DNA of 32,000 nt from Synechococcus elongatus PCC 6301 (lineage in GTDB: Bacteria > Cyanobacteriota > Cyanobacteriia > Synechococcales > Synechococcaceae). A program made the position numbers and the translations under genes. The notes below the pieces were generated by a model, which saw nothing but the letters and a program-made list of their open reading frames with translations, was not told the origin of the DNA and searched no databases. Positions 26,597 through 32,000 of this stretch are shown here, one piece after another (positions within the stretch are counted from its first letter, which is position 1; each line of letters begins with the position of its first letter). Location: NCBI RefSeq assembly GCF_000010065.1, contig NC_006576.1:1500001-1532000 (forward strand), read 5' to 3'.

Positions 26597-27118
26597 ATGA
26601 GTTCACTTGTTGTTGTCGGATTTCCCAATTCGCAAGAAGCCGAAGAAGTCCGAATCAAACTTGCTCAGCTACAGACAGAACATTTAATTGCCCTAGAAGA
26701 TGCTGTTGTTGTCAGCAAGGATTCCGAGGGCCATGTCAAACTCAATCAAGCGATTAATTTAACGGCAACTGGTGCCGTCAGCGGCGGTTTTTGGGGCACC
26801 CTTGTCGGCTTGATCTTCCTCAATCCCTTGGCGGGTGCGGCGATCGGTGCAGCGGCTGGTGCACTCAGCGGTTCCTTGAGCGACATTGGCATCAACGATG
26901 ACTTTCTGCGCGAGGTCGGCGAAACCCTGCAGGTCGGATCAGCCGCCCTCTGCCTCCTCATCCGCGAAGCAACCCCCGATCGCATCCTGAAAGAGTTGCG
27001 AGTCTACGCCAAAGACGCCCGGATTCTACAAACGAACTTGAGCTTTGCCGATGAAGAAAACCTCAAGGCAGCCCTAGAAAAAGCCAAAGCCGAAGCCCAA
27101 GCCCTGCGTCTCAATTAA
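26597..27118 (+). CDS. DUF1269-type protein with Gly-rich hydrophobic segment
   Basis: GFWGTLVGLIFLNPLAGAAIGAAAGALSGSLSDIGINDDFLREVGETLQVGSAALCLLI. ATG at 26597 preferred over TTG at 26528. Confidence 0.8.
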   Translation: MSSLVVVGFPNSQEAEEVRIKLAQLQTEHLIALEDAVVVSKDSEGHVKLNQAINLTATGAVSGGFWGTLVGLIFLNPLAGAAIGAAAGALSGSLSDIGINDDFLREVGETLQVGSAALCLLIREATPDRILKELRVYAKDARILQTNLSFADEENLKAALEKAKAEAQALRLN

Positions 27119-27542
27119 TCTCCAACGCTTCGATCGCTCCTGATTACTTGAGTTGATCAAGGCTCAGATCAAGAGCGATCGCTACTTCAATACAGCTTAC
27201 TTTTGGCCGCTATCTCAACAGCAGTTCAATCCTAAGAAACTGCAGAAGCAGGGATTGAGTAATTTGATGGTTGACTGCAGTCCTTATCAGTTGCTTCTCA
27301 ACAATTATCCAACCGCAATTACGGACAGAGCACTGGACTAGCACCACTGCTAAAACCGCAAAGCTCGGACAAATATAAAGACAACTTAAAGATTTTCTAC
27401 GCCCTGCGACCTCACCAGAACAGAGCCACTATCATTTTTAAGAAAACATAAATTGATCCGCTGTAAGCCGCTGCCAGCACAAAGCTTACCGCGTTTTTGC
27501 TAAAGCCTAGTCCGCTGGTTTGTCCTCCCGGAATGTTACCCT

Positions 27543-28292
27543 ATGAAACCCCGCATCCTCGTGATCGATGATGACTCAGCCATCTTGGAGCTGGTCGCCG
27601 TCAATCTGGAGATGTCTGGCTATGACGTACGCAAAGCTGAGGACGGCATTAAAGGTCAGGCTTTAGCTGTTCAGCTAGTTCCCGACCTGATCATGCTGGA
27701 TCTAATGCTGCCGCGGGTTGATGGCTTTACCGTCTGTCAGCGACTGCGGCGCGATGAGCGTACTGCCGAAATTCCGGTGCTGATGCTGACCGCCCTCGGA
27801 CAGACTCAGGATAAGGTTGAAGGCTTCAACGCGGGTGCTGACGATTATCTGACTAAGCCCTTCGAAGTTGAAGAGATGCTGGCCCGCGTGCGTGCCTTGC
27901 TGCGGCGCACCGATCGCATTCCCCATGCAGCCCGCCATAGCGAAATTCTCAGCTACGGTCCGCTGACCCTGATTCCCGAGCGGTTTGAGGCCATTTGGTT
28001 CAACCGCACGGTCAAGCTGACTCACTTGGAATTTGAGTTGTTGCACTGCCTGTTGCAACGCCACGGCCAAACGGTTGCGCCGAGCGAAATCCTCAAAGAA
28101 GTCTGGGGCTATGATCCCGACGATGACATCGAGACGATTCGCGTCCACATCCGTCATCTGCGCACCAAGCTCGAGCCCGATCCCCGGCACCCGCGCTACA
28201 TCAAAACGGTCTATGGAGCGGGCTACTGCCTTGAGCTGCCGGCCGAGACGGAACTCCACCAACACGCCGATCAGTTTCCTTCGGCGTCCTGA
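27543..28292 (+). CDS. rpaA: OmpR-family response regulator RpaA (circadian output regulator)
   Basis: Receiver domain ([40 protein letters not shown]) and winged-helix domain ([44 protein letters not shown]). Matches S. elongatus RpaA as recalled. Confidence 0.93.
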
Positions 28293-29209
28293 ACCCAAGC
28301 ACTGAGCAGCACTTCCCAGACGAGTCGCGGCTGAACAAAGGCTCGCAGTTGTTTCTGTGCCTGTTCGAGCTGGAGCAGTTGCTGGGACTGCAGCTGTTGC
28401 TGGGACCAGCCCTGCTGCTGGAGGTAGCGACAAAGCCAAAGCTGGGCTTCGACGTCGAGGCCAGCATCGATCGCTTGCGCCAGTTCCAAAGCCACTTGCA
28501 AAGAGTTTGGCCGTTGCTGAAGGCGATCGCGCAATTCTGGCGGGATTGCTTGCAGTTGTTGCCAATGGCTGATAGCTGCTCCTGGACTGCCTTGAGCTAA
28601 GGCCAGAACCGCTGGCGCGTCGAGAATTTCTGTAAAGCCGTGGGTCTGCAAAATTTGCGCCATCGCCTGCTCAGAAAGGCGATAGAAGGGAATTCGCTGG
28701 CAACGAGAAACAAGGGTTGGCAGTAGCAGCTCAGGACTCGGTGCCATCAGGATAATCGTGGCTTGACCGGGCTCTTCTAGCGTTTTGAGCAACCCATTGG
28801 CTGCCGCCTCAGCCATCGTTTCAGCCTGTTCAATCACCACCAGTGATCGCGGGGCAGCGAGAGGAGGTCGTGCCAGAAACTGAGTGATTTGGCGAATTTG
28901 CTCCAGTCGCACTTGGGGCGGTGTTCGCCGCTGAATTCCCTGGGCTTGGGCTTGACTTGCAGGAATCAAGGTTCCCTGCTGGGAATAAGTCGGCTCAACC
29001 CAGAGCAGATCGGGATGATTGCCGCGAGCGACCCGTCCCGACTGATCAGCCAAGAGGAGCGGTGCCCAACAACGGGCAGCCAGTCCACGACCGGTGCCAT
29101 CAGGACCAGCAAACAGGTAAGCCGGCGCCAAGCGATCGCGATCGCAGGCTGCCAGCAGCAACTGAACGGCAAGGTCTTGACCGATGAGCGGCGCAAAGGG
29201 ATTCATCAC
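28271..29209 (-). CDS. holB: DNA polymerase III delta' subunit (clamp loader)
   Basis: [16 protein letters not shown]...[45 protein letters not shown]...[12 protein letters not shown]. Confidence 0.92.
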
Positions 29210-29853
29210 CGGGGCCAGCGCTGTTGCACCACGGCTTGAATACGAGCGGCAACCTGATCAGGATCTCCAGCTGCATCGATGCGAACCACCCGATCAGGCT
29301 CTGCCGCCGCGATCGCCTGAAATCCTTGACGCAGGCGCTCTTGAAACGCCAGCCCTGCGGCCTCCATCCGATCGCCCTGACCCCGAGCTTGGCAGCGTTC
29401 TGCCGCGATCGCCACGGGCAAATCAAGCCAGAGGGTCAGATCACTGCGCAAACCAGCAGTCGCAAGGGCATTGAGTTGGGCGATCGCAGACTGATCCAAA
29501 CCCCGGCCATAGCCTTGGTAGGCCACCGTGGAATCTACATAGCGATCGCAGACGACAACGGCACCTGCGGCTAGTTGGGGCCTGAGCACGGTTTCCACAT
29601 GCTGAGCGCGATCGGCCGCATAGAGCAACAGCTCCGCCATCGGTTGCAGTGGCTGATCTGCCCAATCCTGAGTCAAGAGCAGCGATCGCAGGGCTTGACC
29701 TAAGGCCGTGTCGCCCGGCTCTCGCGTCGCCACAATCACTTGCCCAGGTTGCAATAACGAGGAGTGGGGCAGCCAATTAACCAAGCGCTGTAGCTGCGTG
29801 CTTTTGCCGCAGCCATCAATGCCTTCTAGGACAATGAAGTTACCGAAGTTCAA
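29206..29853 (-). CDS. tmk: thymidylate kinase
   Basis: FIVLEGIDGCGKSTQLQRLVNWL, VATREPGDTALGQALR and VVCDRYVDSTVAYQGYGRGLD. Confidence 0.97.
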   Translation of the reverse strand: MNFGNFIVLEGIDGCGKSTQLQRLVNWLPHSSLLQPGQVIVATREPGDTALGQALRSLLLTQDWADQPLQPMAELLLYAADRAQHVETVLRPQLAAGAVVVCDRYVDSTVAYQGYGRGLDQSAIAQLNALATAGLRSDLTLWLDLPVAIAAERCQARGQGDRMEAAGLAFQERLRQGFQAIAAAEPDRVVRIDAAGDPDQVAARIQAVVQQRWPR

Positions 29854-29951
29854 TCTTCTTCCTTGAGCCAGTCACCTTAGTGACATTACGAACAATTAAA
29901 CCTGCAGATTCTACGCTTCAATAGTCCTAATTCTTGCTTGCCTAGGCGCCC

Positions 29952-30299
29952 ATGGCTCGCTACACCTGCTCTACAACCGTTGAAATTCCTCTCGGTTCGC
30001 TCTATCCAGTGCTACATGAGACCCTAGAAGCCTGCAACCTAAGTATTCTGCACAATTCAGCAGACTATCTAGTGGCGCGGGAACCGGCTGGCAAAGTTCC
30101 TTTTTCGCAACTGGTTGTGACTGAAGTCTTGGTCAACACCACAATGGCAAAAGGCGATCGCATTTCGCTACAGTTCATTTGCAAAAACGAAGAACTGCCA
30201 TTGAAGTCCAATAACCACTGTGAACAGGTCTTTCGTCGTCTCAGCGATCGTCTGCAGCAGACCAACGAATGGAAGCTGGTTGATTTTGTTGCAGCCTAG
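29952..30299 (+). CDS. conserved hypothetical protein
   Basis: 115-aa intact ORF with an ordered alpha/beta-like composition. Family not recognised with certainty. Confidence 0.6.
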   Translation: MARYTCSTTVEIPLGSLYPVLHETLEACNLSILHNSADYLVAREPAGKVPFSQLVVTEVLVNTTMAKGDRISLQFICKNEELPLKSNNHCEQVFRRLSDRLQQTNEWKLVDFVAA

Positions 30300-30555
30300 C
30301 ACTGCGATTCTCGACCCCGCAGCCCAACACCGTTCCTCTTCAGTCAGGCCTCGCGCAGTTTTTTGAGGCAAGCTAGCACTGTCACCTTGGCAAGAACTGC
30401 TACGAGTCAGATTAGGCCATGGCGATTGCCAGTCTGCTCAAGTCAGCTGAGTCCCTGAGCTAAAAACAGGATTTCTGCCAAAACACAATCGGGCAGCCAC
30501 CCATAACTTCGGGATCGTTAGAATCAGGGTAACGTTAACTTCTGTAACGAAATTA

Positions 30556-31167
30556 ATGGCTTCCAGCGATCGCGGTACTTCCACTTTGCAGGGCTGGCAT
30601 GCCTTACAAACGCTCTGGCGGGGCGATCAGCGATCGGTCATTCAGGGATTGCCCCACAGTCAACTCGCTCCCGCTTGGCAATTGCTCCTGCTGGGGGATG
30701 GCTCGCCCACACGCCACCTACAGCTCCTGACAGGGGAACCGACTGCGGTGGACGTCATCGAAATGGCCCCGATCGCCGATCAAGATGACGGCGCCCCTCC
30801 ACCAATCCGTGCGATCGCGGGGCCACGGCTACGGCGACAGGTCTGGTTGCGCACTGCTTCCGGTCAGCGTCTCGCCTACGCCACCTCTTGGTGGACCCAG
30901 CAGCGGGTTGATGCCTACCTACGCGATCGCGCCCAACCGATTTGGGCCAATCTTGCCGATTTACGGACAGAGCTCTATCGCGATATCCAAGGCGTTGAAT
31001 ACGGTGATAGCGCCGCTCTGAGTGAGGCTTTCGGCCAGACTGGGCCGTTCTGGGGACGCTATTACCTGTTCTGGCACCAAGGACAGCCGCTGACGCTAAT
31101 CTATGAGGTGTTTTCGCCGGCGATCGCCACCTATCTCGGACCAAGTACACCTCAGCCTGTGGTTTAG
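30556..31167 (+). CDS. chorismate lyase-like protein (DUF98 family)
   Basis: LTGEPTAVDVIEMAPI...GPRLRRQVWLRTASGQRLAYATSWW...NLADLRTELYRDIQGVEYGDS pattern. Likely plastoquinone head-group synthesis. Confidence 0.75.
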   Translation: MASSDRGTSTLQGWHALQTLWRGDQRSVIQGLPHSQLAPAWQLLLLGDGSPTRHLQLLTGEPTAVDVIEMAPIADQDDGAPPPIRAIAGPRLRRQVWLRTASGQRLAYATSWWTQQRVDAYLRDRAQPIWANLADLRTELYRDIQGVEYGDSAALSEAFGQTGPFWGRYYLFWHQGQPLTLIYEVFSPAIATYLGPSTPQPVV

Positions 31168-32000
31168 TTCAAACCCAGTTCCCGCTTCAGCAGAGCGATC
31201 GAGGCCTCGCTGATGTAGCTTTTGCTGCAGAGCAAACGGGGTAAGCGGATCAAGTCGTCCCGAATCGCACTGACGCGCTGCTTGACGTTGTCAATGCTGG
31301 ATTGATCGCAGATGATCACCGACGCACTGCGCAGCATCGCTTCCAACTTGGTTTGGTCATTGGGCTGACAGGACATGATCAGCAGTGCTTCGCCGCGCAA
31401 GCTGTGGATGATAATTTCCGCCGCCCGCAGGATGCCCGGGCTAATACTGACAATGCCGATGCAGCTACCTTCCTTTTGCTGACTCAAGAATGAGAGTTCT
31501 TCGCGATAGTCGTAGAGATCCAGCGCGATCGTGCGAGCCCCAAGGCTAGCAGTAATCGCCTCGGCATCTTGGAAGAAGTAGTGGCTTGTGACCACAGTGC
31601 CGCTGTCTTTTTGTTTGAGGATGGCGCCCAACTCTTCCAAGGGAACCACTTCAACGGGCACACCCAAGGCTTGGGACAGCTCCCGATACATCAACTCCGC
31701 CGCTCCTAGGTCTTGCAAAGGCGCTGTGACTAGGACGCTGGCGCTACAGCGCAACCGCCAATCCACCTCTGCTAAGAACAGTTCACGGATCTCAGCTAGG
31801 GAGCAACCCTGCTGCAACAACGTGTCAATGTGATCACGAATCTGTTGATCGATATCGGGATACTGCTTGCGCAAGCGCTGACTCTTCGCCGTCTCACGAG
31901 GGTCATTGCCCCCCCGCACATAGATGCCGGAACCGGCCTGGGCTTCGACAACGCCGTCTTCTTCGAGCAGGCGATAGACCTTGCTGATCGTGTTGCGATG
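31164..32000 (-). CDS. plmA: GntR-family transcriptional regulator PlmA-like (N-terminus off right edge)
   Basis: The frame continues to the edge: HRNTISKVYRLLEEDGVVEAQAGSGIYVRGGNDPRETAKSQRLRKQYPDI (end of GntR wHTH), then the cyanobacterial PlmA-type effector domain. The listed start at 31919 is an edge artefact. Confidence 0.82.
   Translation of the reverse strand, partial: HRNTISKVYRLLEEDGVVEAQAGSGIYVRGGNDPRETAKSQRLRKQYPDIDQQIRDHIDTLLQQGCSLAEIRELFLAEVDWRLRCSASVLVTAPLQDLGAAELMYRELSQALGVPVEVVPLEELGAILKQKDSGTVVTSHYFFQDAEAITASLGARTIALDLYDYREELSFLSQQKEGSCIGIVSISPGILRAAEIIIHSLRGEALLIMSCQPNDQTKLEAMLRSASVIICDQSSIDNVKQRVSAIRDDLIRLPRLLCSKSYISEASIALLKRELGLN

Noticed and set aside
27153-27341. 62-aa ORF upstream of rpaA
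   Set aside because: Short, no recognisable domain and no clear ribosome-binding site. Treated as part of the non-coding leader.
1-32000. CRISPR array, tRNA/rRNA genes, transposase or prophage genes
   Set aside because: Looked for regularly spaced repeats, tRNA-like cloverleaf ends and transposase motifs by eye and found none. The recurring octamer GCGATCGC is the dispersed HIP1 element, not a CRISPR repeat. A tRNAscan/Infernal run would be decisive.

Overview
This looks like a Synechococcus elongatus (PCC 7942/6301-like) chromosome segment. The basis is dense HIP1 palindromes (GCGATCGC), recognisable RpaA and PlmA proteins, and a photolyase resembling the classical Anacystis enzyme. The strain assignment is from recall, not a search. 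Most of the window is housekeeping: lipid-A-disaccharide-synthase-like protein (partial), guanine/tRNA deaminase-like protein, gatB, pfkB sugar kinase, phr, nadD-nadE, NDH-2, MazG-like protein, pyk, cobN, rpaA, holB, tmk, DUF98 chorismate lyase and GntR/PlmA (partial). No rRNA, tRNA or CRISPR was recognised. The best leads are: (1) a co-directional cluster of sulfiredoxin, Dps, an HTH/GrpE-like fusion, a lid-less Hsp70 and photolyase, which may be an unrecognised stress-response operon with a private Hsp70/exchange-factor pair; (2) an AT-rich, HIP1-free island holding a single 443-aa ORF with a HEPN-type R-x4-H motif and a perfect 9-bp inverted repeat upstream, a candidate defence or toxin-like gene; (3) a HIP1-free segment with an overlapping secreted-protein/ankyrin gene pair; (4) HIP1-centred extended palindromes just after stop codons. 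All functional claims for these leads are inference.
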